A stretch of DNA of 58,030 nucleotides, taken from assembly GCA_038253515.1 (NCBI GenBank), contig JBBSHB010000003.1:1-58030 (forward strand), written 5' to 3'. How positions within the stretch are numbered: the stretch's first letter is position 1; every line of letters starts with the position of its first letter. The DNA comes from Gemmatimonadales bacterium. GTDB lineage: Bacteria > Gemmatimonadota > Gemmatimonadetes > Gemmatimonadales > GWC2-71-9. The notes under the pieces are model-generated. The model was not told the DNA's origin. It ran no database searches and saw only the letters and a program-made list of their open reading frames with translations. Both the position numbers and the translations under genes were made by a program. This document shows positions 45,765 to 54,116 of this stretch, in pieces.

Positions 45765-48700
45765 CGCTCATCGGCCAGACCCGGCACCGGTCGGCCGCCA
45801 TCTACCTGCTGCTCGCAATCCTGGTGGGCGCCGGTGTGTACCAGGTGGCCCAGCTGCCGTCCGCTATCTTTCCGTCGGTCACCTTTCCGCTGGTGAAGGT
45901 GATCGCCGATGCCGGCGAGGAGCCGGCGGCCCAGATGATGCCCACCGTCACCCGCGTCCTCGAAGAGGCGATCCTCCGGGTACCGGGGATCCTGGTCGTC
46001 CGCTCCACCACCTCCCGCGGCTCGACCGAGATCAGCGCCGCGTTCGCGTGGGGGACCGACATGAAGACGGCGCTCGACCGGGTCCAGGCCGAGACCCAGC
46101 GGGTGCGCCCCGACCTGCCCGCACAGACGCGGATCGAGGTCGAATGGATGAACACCGCCATCTTCCCGATCCAGGGCTACGCCCTCACTTCGGCCACCGC
46201 GACCCAAGCCGAGCTGCGGGATCTCGCGCAATACACCCTCAAGCCGGCGTTGATCCGGATCCCGGGGGTGGCACAGGTGCAGATTCAGGGCGGACGCCAG
46301 CGGGAGTTCCAGGTGCGGCTCGACCCCGCAGCGCTCGCCGGCCGCCGGCTCGCCCCGTCCGACATCGTCCAGGCGATCGCCGCGAGCAACGAGGTGATCT
46401 CCAGCGGCCTCACCGAGCGCAACCACGAGCTCTACCTCACACTCGTGACGGGTCGCGTCAGCGGCATCGATTCACTTTCGAGGATCGCCGTCGCCGTCCC
46501 CGGCGGGCCGCCGGCCACGCTCGCCGATCTCGGTCAGGTGACCGTGGCCGACGCGGTGTCCTACGTGCGGACCACGGCCGGCGGGCAGACCGCGGTCCTC
46601 GTCAACATCGTTCGGCAGCCGTCGGCCAATACGATCGCCATCGCCGATGGCGTGCGCCGCCTCTTCCACGATCAGCCGGCGCTGCTGCCGGCCGGCGTCC
46701 ACTGGGGCAATTTCTACGATCAGGCCCGGTTCGTGGCCGATTCGGTGAACGGCGCCCGCGACGCGATCGTCATCGGCGTCGTGCTCGCCGGGGTCGTCCT
46801 GCTGCTGTTCCTGCGCAACCTGCGCTTCACGCTGATCGCCGTGGCGGCGATTCCGGCGACCGTCGCCATCGTGGGACTCGCGCTGGGAGCGGCGGGGCAG
46901 ACAATCAACCTGATGACGCTGGCCGGTGTGGCCGCGGCGCTCGGGCTCATCGCCGACGACGCCATTGTGGTCATCGAGAACATCGAGAGCCACCATGCGC
47001 GGAGGACGTCGCACGACCCGACCGCGAGCGGGGCCGCCGAGCTCCGCCCGGCGCTGATCGGCTCGAGCCTCTCGACCATCGTGATCCTGCTGCCGTTCGC
47101 GCTCCTCTCCGGCGTAGTGGGCGCCTTCTTCAAGCCGCTGGCGCTCACGATGGCCCTGGCGCTCCTGGTCTCACTCGGGGTCGCGTTGTTCGTGGTGCCG
47201 GTGTCGGTGAGCCTGTTGGAGCGCCCCAAGCGGGCCAAGGCATCTGCCGGGTCGCGCGACGCGCCCCGGTCGGAGCGGTGGGGGCGTGCGTACGGCTGGG
47301 TCGTCGACCGCTTCGTGCGGCGAGGGTTCATTTCGATCTTCATCACGCTGCTGCTGCTCGGGACGGCCTTCGTCCTCTACGGCCGTATCGGCTCCGACTT
47401 CCTCCCGAGCATGGACGAGGGCTCGATCATCCTCGACTACTGGACGCCGCCGGGAACGTCGCTCACCGACACGGACGTCATGCTGCGGGAGGCTGAGCGT
47501 ATCATCACGTCCACCCCGGACGTCCAGAGTTACTCACGGCGGACCGGCGCCCAGCTTGGCTTTTTCATCACCGAGCCAAACCGCGGCGACTACGTCATCA
47601 AGCTGAAGCCCAGGAAGCAGCGGCGCAGTGTCGACGCCATCATTGACGAGCTGCGCGGCCGGATCCAGGCGGTCGAGCCTGCCGTCCACACCGATTTCGG
47701 CCAGCTGCTCGAAGACAACATCGGCGATCTGACCGGCGGAGCCCCCCAGCCGATCGACGTCAAGATCTTCGGCAGTGACCCCACGCTCCTGGCGCAGAAG
47801 GCGGAGCAGGCGGCGCGCATCCTGGCGCAGGTGCCCGGGGTGGAAGACGTCTTCGACGGGATCGTGATCGCCGGGCCCGCACTCCAGGTGCGGGTGGACG
47901 CCGCCGCCGCGGCCCGCTTCGGGCTCACGACCCAGACCCTCGCCGAGGCCGTCGAACCGGCGATCACCGGAACGGTCGCGGGCCAGATCCGCATCGGAGA
48001 CAGGGTGTACGACCTCCGGGTGCTCACCCCGGGCGAGGGCCGGCTCGAGGCGTTGAAGATCCGGGTGCCGACCGGCGCGCTCGTGCCGCTCGCGGCGGTG
48101 GCCACGGTGTCGACCGGCGCTCCGGAAGCCGAGATCAACCGGGAAAACCTCAAGACGTTCGTGGGCGTCACCGCCCGCCTCTCGGGGCGGGATCTTGGGA
48201 GTGTCATGGCGGACATCCGCGGGCGCATCGCCCGCGATCTGCCGCTGGGCGCCGGCATGTCGGTCGAGTACGGCGGACTGTACCAGCAGCAGCTGCAATC
48301 CTTTCGCGGACTGCTATACGTGCTGCTCGCCGGTCTCGTGCTGGTGTCGGTGGTGGTGCTCTTCGAGTTCGCCGACTGGCGCGCGCCACTGGTGACGTCG
48401 ATCTGCGCCGTCGCGGTCCTCGCCGGCGTGCTCGGGGCGTTGCTCCTCACCGGACAAACGCTCAATATCTCCAGCTACGTCGGTGCGATCATGATGGTCG
48501 GGATCGTGGGGGAGAACGCCATCTTCGTGATTCACGAGGCGCAGCTCGGACTTCGGGCGGGGCTGAGCTCGGTCGACGCCTGGGCCCGGTCAGCTCGCCG
48601 CCGGCTCCGGCCCGTCGCCATGACCGTCCTGGCGACCACCTTCGCGCTGGGCCCGCTGGCGCTGGCCCTCGGCCAGGGGTCGCAGCTCATGCAGCCGCTG

Positions 48701-48829
48701 GCGATCGCGGTGATCGGCGGTTTCGTGCTGTCGGGCCCCCTCGTGTTGCTGGTGCTTCCGGGACTCTATCGCCTGCTGGATCCGCGCGGGATGCTGGGAA
48801 CGACCGCCGGCGCTTCCGGCCCAGGGTAA
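45761..48829 (+). CDS. RND efflux transporter permease (AcrB/CusA/CzcA superfamily)
   Basis: 1022 aa with 12-TM architecture. AALGLIADDAIVVIENIE and MMVGIVGENAIFVI are present. It overlaps the MFP stop by 4 nt. Confidence 0.95.
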   Translation: MTLIGQTRHRSAAIYLLLAILVGAGVYQVAQLPSAIFPSVTFPLVKVIADAGEEPAAQMMPTVTRVLEEAILRVPGILVVRSTTSRGSTEISAAFAWGTDMKTALDRVQAETQRVRPDLPAQTRIEVEWMNTAIFPIQGYALTSATATQAELRDLAQYTLKPALIRIPGVAQVQIQGGRQREFQVRLDPAALAGRRLAPSDIVQAIAASNEVISSGLTERNHELYLTLVTGRVSGIDSLSRIAVAVPGGPPATLADLGQVTVADAVSYVRTTAGGQTAVLVNIVRQPSANTIAIADGVRRLFHDQPALLPAGVHWGNFYDQARFVADSVNGARDAIVIGVVLAGVVLLLFLRNLRFTLIAVAAIPATVAIVGLALGAAGQTINLMTLAGVAAALGLIADDAIVVIENIESHHARRTSHDPTASGAAELRPALIGSSLSTIVILLPFALLSGVVGAFFKPLALTMALALLVSLGVALFVVPVSVSLLERPKRAKASAGSRDAPRSERWGRAYGWVVDRFVRRGFISIFITLLLLGTAFVLYGRIGSDFLPSMDEGSIILDYWTPPGTSLTDTDVMLREAERIITSTPDVQSYSRRTGAQLGFFITEPNRGDYVIKLKPRKQRRSVDAIIDELRGRIQAVEPAVHTDFGQLLEDNIGDLTGGAPQPIDVKIFGSDPTLLAQKAEQAARILAQVPGVEDVFDGIVIAGPALQVRVDAAAAARFGLTTQTLAEAVEPAITGTVAGQIRIGDRVYDLRVLTPGEGRLEALKIRVPTGALVPLAAVATVSTGAPEAEINRENLKTFVGVTARLSGRDLGSVMADIRGRIARDLPLGAGMSVEYGGLYQQQLQSFRGLLYVLLAGLVLVSVVVLFEFADWRAPLVTSICAVAVLAGVLGALLLTGQTLNISSYVGAIMMVGIVGENAIFVIHEAQLGLRAGLSSVDAWARSARRRLRPVAMTVLATTFALGPLALALGQGSQLMQPLAIAVIGGFVLSGPLVLLVLPGLYRLLDPRGMLGTTAGASGPG

Positions 48830-48878
48830 ACCTCTCACGCGGACGAGTCAGGATGACGCCCATGCCATTGATCGCCCG

Positions 48879-49889
48879 GTGTGCCTGCCGCTGGTGACCA
48901 TGCTCGCACCGCTCGCCGCGCAGTCGGCCGGGGGGTCCGGCTACCACGTGGCTCGTCAGATCGAGCTCGGCGGAGACGGGCGATGGGATTACATCGTCTT
49001 CGATACCGCGGCCCACCGCCTGTTCATTGCGCGGCAGACGCGCGTCATGGTGGTCGATCCGGAGAGCGGCAGGTTGCTCGGCGAGATCCCCGGCCTGGAC
49101 GGCGCGCACGGCATCGCGCTGGTGAACGAAACGGGGCACGGCTTCGCTACTTCGGGCCGCGACCGCAGCGTGACGATGTTCGACCTCGAGACGCTACGGG
49201 TACTTGGGCGGACCAAGGCGGCGGAGGACGCAGATGCCGTCCTCTACGATCCTGTCTCGAAACGCGTACTCACGTTCAACGGCGACGCCGGGTCCTCGAC
49301 GGTGGTCGACCCGGTCTCGGGAAAGGCGATCGGCTCGATCGCGCTCGGCGGCAAGCCCGAGTTCGGCGTCAGCGCCGGCGACGGCAAGGTGTACGTCAAC
49401 CTCGAGGACAAGGCGAGAGTCGCGGAGATCGATGCGGTCGGGATGCGAGTGACCCGTTCATGGTCCATCGCGCCCTGCGCGGAACCCACGGGCCTCGCCA
49501 TCGACCGGGTGCATCACCGCCTGTTCAGCGCCTGCCGCAACCGGCTCATGGCGATCTCCGATGCGACCGCCGGCAGCACGATTGCAACCGTGCCGATCGG
49601 TGAGGGGGTGGGTGGCGCCGCGTTCGATCCCGCCACACAGTTGGCCTTCGCGTCCAACGGCGACGGCAGCATTACGGTGGTCCACGAAGACGGCCCGGCC
49701 ACGTTCCGCGTGGTCGCCACCGTTCCCACCCGGCGAGGCGCGCGCACGATGGCGCTCGAGGAGCGAAGCCACCGGCTCTTCACGGTGACCGCGGATTTCG
49801 GGCCTACCCTCGCGGCCACGGCGGAGCAGCCTCATCCCCGACCGAGTCTGCTACCCGGCAGCTTCGGGCTGCTCGTGCTGGCCCGGTAA
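48879..49889 (+). CDS. YncE-like / YVTN-repeat beta-propeller protein
   Basis: It has a short signal, and WDYIVFDTAAHRLFIA, HGIALVNETGHGFATSG and GLAIDRVHHRLFSAC repeat at propeller-blade spacing. Confidence 0.7.
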   Translation: MCLPLVTMLAPLAAQSAGGSGYHVARQIELGGDGRWDYIVFDTAAHRLFIARQTRVMVVDPESGRLLGEIPGLDGAHGIALVNETGHGFATSGRDRSVTMFDLETLRVLGRTKAAEDADAVLYDPVSKRVLTFNGDAGSSTVVDPVSGKAIGSIALGGKPEFGVSAGDGKVYVNLEDKARVAEIDAVGMRVTRSWSIAPCAEPTGLAIDRVHHRLFSACRNRLMAISDATAGSTIATVPIGEGVGGAAFDPATQLAFASNGDGSITVVHEDGPATFRVVATVPTRRGARTMALEERSHRLFTVTADFGPTLAATAEQPHPRPSLLPGSFGLLVLAR

Positions 49890-49890
49890 C

Positions 49891-50133
49891 TCAAACCGCC
49901 GTCCGAGAGAGTGCGACCCGGATGTGGGGCTCCCCGTCGGCCCCGAGGCTGAGGAGGTAGTGAGAACGCTCCGTGGACTGCTCCTTGCCGGCGGCGTCGA
50001 ACGCCGGCCACCGCACATCCACGGCGCTGAGCCTTTCACTCAGTCGGTCCACCCGCTCCAGCTCGGCTCGGGTCGAGGCCAGTCCGCGTGAGCGGTACCA
50101 TTCCACTGCACCGGCGAAGAAGCGCTCGATCAA
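49891..50133 (-). CDS. Hypothetical 80-aa ORF (possible fragment)
   Basis: No family is recognised with confidence. It abuts the PAP2 fragment head-to-head at 50132/50133. Confidence 0.25.
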   Translation of the reverse strand: MIERFFAGAVEWYRSRGLASTRAELERVDRLSERLSAVDVRWPAFDAAGKEQSTERSHYLLSLGADGEPHIRVALSRTAV

Positions 50134-50458
50134 GGATCTCTTCGGGCGCGTCCGCCCCGCGGGGGCGGTGCCTCTGCACCTGGTCTCCTATTCCTTCCCC
50201 AGCGGAGACGCGACGGCCTCGACGGCCGTGCTCGTCACCATCGCCTATATCCTGGCCCGCGAGGGGCTTCTCTCTCACCGCGTCGCGCTGCTCCTCGGGT
50301 TTCTCGGTCCGCTGCTCGTCGGGCTCAGCCGGATCTACCTGGACGTGCACTGGACGACCGACGTGCTGGGGGGGTGGGGGCTCGGGCTGGTGGTCGCGGC
50401 GCTGAGCGCGGCGGCCTACGAGCACCTGCGTGCCCGGATTGCCCGGGTTGGCGTCTAG
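50129..50458 (+). pseudogene. PAP2-superfamily phosphatase core without N-terminal TM region; PSGH changed to PSGD
   Basis: KDLFGRVRP (KX6RP), SFPSGD (normally PSGH) and SRIYLDVHWTTD (SRX5HX3D) are all in frame within track ORF 49973..50458. The upstream in-frame sequence is non-hydrophobic and there is no credible start. Confidence 0.4.
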
Positions 50459-50491
50459 CGCCCGCGACGGCTCGAGGGCCCTGCGGCCGAT

Positions 50492-51172
50492 TCAGCTCGT
50501 TCCGGTCGTTCCCGCCCGCCGCTTCGCCTCTTCGCGGAGCTTCTGGCTGGCATAGATCGCCACCTCGACCCGGCGATTCTGCCCGCGGCCGAGAGCGGTG
50601 GCGTTGCTGGTGACCGGTTCCTCCTCGCCCAGTCCGCCGGTGCCGATCCGCGACCGCTGGACCCCCTGCGACACCAGGTACTCCGCCGCTGCGTCTGCCC
50701 GCCGGACCGAGAGCCGTTTGTTGTACTCGGCCGTGCCCACGCTGTCGGTATGGCCGAGGATCAGCAGGTCGGAGCCGGGATACTTCTCCAGGCTCTGGGC
50801 CAGAGCCCGGAGATTGGTCCGGGCCGTGGGCTTGACGATGTCCGAATCGAAGTCGTAGAGCAGGCCGGACTCGAAGGTGACCTCGATGCCCTCGCCCACC
50901 CGCTCCACGGTGGCGCCGGGGATGTTCTGTTTCAGCTCGTGAGCCTGCCGGTCCATCTGGTCGCCGATGATGGCTCCGGCCGCGCCGCCGACGGCAGCCC
51001 CGATGATGGCGCCCTTGGCGGTGGAGCCTGACACCTTCCCGATCACGCCGCCGATCACGGCCCCGCCGGCCGCGCCGATCACCAGGCCCCGCTGGGCATT
51101 GCGGGCGCAGCCGCTGAGGGCGGTGAGCCCAGCGAGGGTGAGGACGAGGATACTACGGCGGATGGGGAGCAC
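50492..51172 (-). CDS. OmpA-family lipoprotein with glycine-zipper N-terminal region
   Basis: It has lipobox ALSGC, a GxxxG-rich segment, and the OmpA_C motif LILGHTDSVGTAEYNKRLSVRRADA. Confidence 0.9.
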   Translation of the reverse strand: MLPIRRSILVLTLAGLTALSGCARNAQRGLVIGAAGGAVIGGVIGKVSGSTAKGAIIGAAVGGAAGAIIGDQMDRQAHELKQNIPGATVERVGEGIEVTFESGLLYDFDSDIVKPTARTNLRALAQSLEKYPGSDLLILGHTDSVGTAEYNKRLSVRRADAAAEYLVSQGVQRSRIGTGGLGEEEPVTSNATALGRGQNRRVEVAIYASQKLREEAKRRAGTTGTS

Positions 51173-51195
51173 GGCGCACCTCAGAGGGGTTGGGG

Positions 51196-51855
51196 TTACG
51201 GGACGACTCCAGCAAGCGTCAGCAGCCCGGCTCCGATCAGCGCCACCGACCAGATGAGATCCATGTTGATCCAGCCCCGGTGGAGCAGGTCGACTCCCAC
51301 GGTCTCATAGACGAGGGCGGCCACCGCCGTCATTACCCCGAACAGCGCGAGGGTGTGCACGCCAAGGGCGGCCCCCGCCGTCCCGAGTGGAAGCGTCACC
51401 GAGCTGCCGTCAGGCGATGCCCCGAGCCCCGGGTGCGTGGTGCCCGGCAGCCGGAGCAGCACCGGCACCAGCATGAGCCCTGCGCCGTGGGCGCTGGACA
51501 TGAGAAAGGACCACAGGACGAGATCGCGCATCCCGACCCGCATTCCCACCCATCGGGGGTGCCGGCCCCCGCGCCAGACCCGACGGGCGCCGAACGCCAT
51601 CAACGCCGCTCCTCCGCCCCATCGAATCGCGCCGAGCGGGATGACGAGGCGAGCACCCGCCACCGCCGCGATCACGATCACCACCGAAAGGGCATGGCCC
51701 AGCGCGATCGGGGGGAGGGCCTTGAACACCGCGGCGCGCCGCCGCTCCTGAAGCCCCAGCGCGACCGCGAAGAGCCATCCCATCGCCGGATTGAGACCGT
51801 GGAAGGCCCCCAACCCCGCGAGCGCGAGCCAGAACCATCCCGCGCCCGCCGGCAC
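51196..51855 (-). CDS. Polytopic membrane protein with conserved-looking His residues (possible metal transporter)
   Basis: 219 aa with about 6 hydrophobic segments. FHGLNP, LGHALS, SSAHGAG and GVHTLA place His within helices. It lies 14 nt downstream of the SBP56 gene. Confidence 0.55.
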   Translation of the reverse strand: MPAGAGWFWLALAGLGAFHGLNPAMGWLFAVALGLQERRRAAVFKALPPIALGHALSVVIVIAAVAGARLVIPLGAIRWGGGAALMAFGARRVWRGGRHPRWVGMRVGMRDLVLWSFLMSSAHGAGLMLVPVLLRLPGTTHPGLGASPDGSSVTLPLGTAGAALGVHTLALFGVMTAVAALVYETVGVDLLHRGWINMDLIWSVALIGAGLLTLAGVVP

Positions 51856-51869
51856 CGCCGAGGCAGCGG

Positions 51870-53276
51870 TCAGGGATAGCAGTAGGAGTCCGACGACGCG
51901 TCTCCGCCTTGCAGCCGGACTTGGTGGGGCCGCTCACCCTCGAACTCCAGGAAGAAATCGGGATTCGGCGTGATGCCCCCCTTGGGGTCGGCGTCGAGCT
52001 GCACCATCCAGCCCTTGATCCCCTCGGGGTAAAATTGCGCGTCCCAGGGAGCGTAGAGGGAATTGGTGAAGTAGACCCGGCGGCCGTCCCGGCTGATCTC
52101 CACCATCTGGGGCCCGCCGTTCAGGGGCTTGCCCGTCTTGGGGTGCGGGGTCCGTCGGACGATGCCGCCGAGGTGCACGGAGCCGGTGAGCTTGGGCTTG
52201 AAGGGATCCGACACGTCGTACTGCCGCATCTCGCCGGTACCCCAGCACGAGACGTACAGGAACCGGTCGTCGACCGAGAGATCGATGTCACTCACCAGTG
52301 GCGGCACCGCCTTGAACGGCTTGAGCGCGGGGGGCAGCTCGCTCTCCTCCGCCGGCTCGGCCGGGATCTCGATGATCTTGGTCAGCTCCCACTTCCCGTT
52401 CCCGCCGGCGCGGTGCCAGGCCCAGATCGAGCTCGAGAGATCCTTGAGACTGATGACCACGCCGACGAAGCCGTAGGTCTTGGTGGGATCGTGGGCCGGC
52501 CGGAGCTCGAGGACCATCTGGTCGTCCTCGCCGACCGGAAGCGCCTGGAGATGGCGACGGCGCCGGAGGTCCCAGACGTGCACGTTCCGGCCGTATTTCT
52601 TGGCCATGAGCGCCTCGGGAACGAGCCCGTTTTCCACCAGCTTCGGGGTTCCCCACTCGCTGGACACCAGCACGTCGTGACCCAGGTGCCAGAAGAAGTC
52701 ATAGGCCAGGTACTGCGGACCGCGATCCAGCTCCCACCGGCCCTTCACCGCAAAGCTGTCATGGTCGAGAATGAAGATGCCGCCGGGGCCGTCGCCCTTT
52801 TCGTCGCCCAGGGCGCTCATATAGATGCCTTCAGGGCCGCAGTGCACCGTATGCGGGCGGGAGTAACCCGTCTTCGCCATGAGCTCTTTCGGCTCGATGG
52901 TCTTCACCAGGCGCGGCTTTCGCGGATCGGGCTTGGTGTCGAAGATATGAATCCTCGAGGACCGGAGCCCCGGCACGATCAGGTACCGCCGCTCGATGTG
53001 CGGGTGCGGTGCGTAAGGACAGAGCGCCGAGCTGCAGGCGTTCCAGCCGAAGTGGTGGAGCTCGTCACCGACGTTGGGCATCTCCACTCGACCGACGACC
53101 TGGGCGTAACTGGGCGATGCCCGGTCCACGTCCACCACGACCAGAGCGTCGGGCCGCTTGCCTTCGGGGTTGATGGTCACGACGTACGCCAGCTTCTCTG
53201 CGGGGGCCTGGGCGGCCAGGCGCGGCGAGGGGTAGAACGTGGGGTCGGGAAACATGGTCGGGGGGTTGGTGACCAT
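51870..53276 (-). CDS. Selenium-binding protein family (SBP56; methanethiol oxidase-like)
   Basis: 468 aa. GDELHHFGWNACSS, RPHTVHCGPEGIYMS and the C-terminal GGDASSDSYCYP are strongly SBP56-like. No signal or Tat motif is seen. Confidence 0.9.
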   Translation of the reverse strand: MVTNPPTMFPDPTFYPSPRLAAQAPAEKLAYVVTINPEGKRPDALVVVDVDRASPSYAQVVGRVEMPNVGDELHHFGWNACSSALCPYAPHPHIERRYLIVPGLRSSRIHIFDTKPDPRKPRLVKTIEPKELMAKTGYSRPHTVHCGPEGIYMSALGDEKGDGPGGIFILDHDSFAVKGRWELDRGPQYLAYDFFWHLGHDVLVSSEWGTPKLVENGLVPEALMAKKYGRNVHVWDLRRRRHLQALPVGEDDQMVLELRPAHDPTKTYGFVGVVISLKDLSSSIWAWHRAGGNGKWELTKIIEIPAEPAEESELPPALKPFKAVPPLVSDIDLSVDDRFLYVSCWGTGEMRQYDVSDPFKPKLTGSVHLGGIVRRTPHPKTGKPLNGGPQMVEISRDGRRVYFTNSLYAPWDAQFYPEGIKGWMVQLDADPKGGITPNPDFFLEFEGERPHQVRLQGGDASSDSYCYP

Positions 53277-53453
53277 GGGAGGCTCCGAAGTCGGTTTGGT
53301 CTATATATAGCCATTAGCCGCTGTGCGGGGGAAGCCACGGAGCGGGTTTCGACCTCGAAGCTCATGGGTCTTCCTGCACTGATGGAGGTGAAAGCGATCC
53401 ACGCGTCGGGCACGCTCGCACCGAGATTGGGCCGCCTCAGACGAGGCCCGCCA

Positions 53454-53714
53454 ATGCCCGAGATCGCCAGATTCTTCGGACTGATCATCCGCATGTACTT
53501 TGACGATCACGACCCGCCGCACTTTCATGCCACCTACGCGGGGTACGAGGGCCGGGTCCGCATCGCGCCGGCCGGCATGATGGATGGCAACCTGCCAGCT
53601 CGGCCCTTGGCGCTCGCGGTAGAATGGGCTACTCTGCATGAGGCCGAGTTGCTCGAAAACTGGCGTCTCGCGCGCCTGGGCAAGCCGCTCGCTTCGATCG
53701 CACCGCTGGAGTGA
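53454..53714 (+). CDS. DUF4160-family protein
   Basis: This is the last 86 codons of shadow ORF 51909..53714. MPEIARFFGLIIRMYFDDHDPPHFHATYAGYE is the DUF4160 signature. Confidence 0.85.
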   Translation: MPEIARFFGLIIRMYFDDHDPPHFHATYAGYEGRVRIAPAGMMDGNLPARPLALAVEWATLHEAELLENWRLARLGKPLASIAPLE

Positions 53715-53717
53715 AGG

Positions 53718-53978
53718 ATGCATCCTCGCGTGAAGGGAGTCGAAGTGCTTCCTCCCTACGGTCTCAGGCTCACGTTTCGTGATGGTTCCAGCGGAACCGT
53801 GGACGGCAGCTCCTGGCTGCGCGGGCCGGACGACGGGGTCTTCGCGCCTCTCCGTGATCCCGCCTTTTTTGCCCAGGTTTATGTCGATCATGACGCTGGG
53901 ACGATCGCCTGGCCCAACGGGGCCGACGTGGATCCGGATACACTGTATGAGAAGGCGCATCGGCCGGCCGCGACCTGA
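53718..53978 (+). CDS. DUF2442-family protein
   Basis: VKGVEVLPPYGLRLTFRDGSSGTVD... is the typical DUF2442 N-terminus. It starts 3 nt after the DUF4160 stop. Confidence 0.8.
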   Translation: MHPRVKGVEVLPPYGLRLTFRDGSSGTVDGSSWLRGPDDGVFAPLRDPAFFAQVYVDHDAGTIAWPNGADVDPDTLYEKAHRPAAT

Positions 53979-54116
53979 TCCCACCCCTGCACGTCCCAAC
54001 CGGTGACAGGCTTCTACCCCGGGTGGGCGGTTCGCACCGGAGAGCTCGAATGCGACGCGTGGCGGGGCGAGACGAATGTGAGCGGGTGACTCCGGCGGGC
54101 TCTTCGCCGGCCAGCG

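Noticed and set aside
51909-53453. First about 515 codons of the 601-aa plus-strand ORF 51909..53714
   Set aside because: It is antisense to the SBP56 gene. Only the last 86 codons (DUF4160) look like protein.
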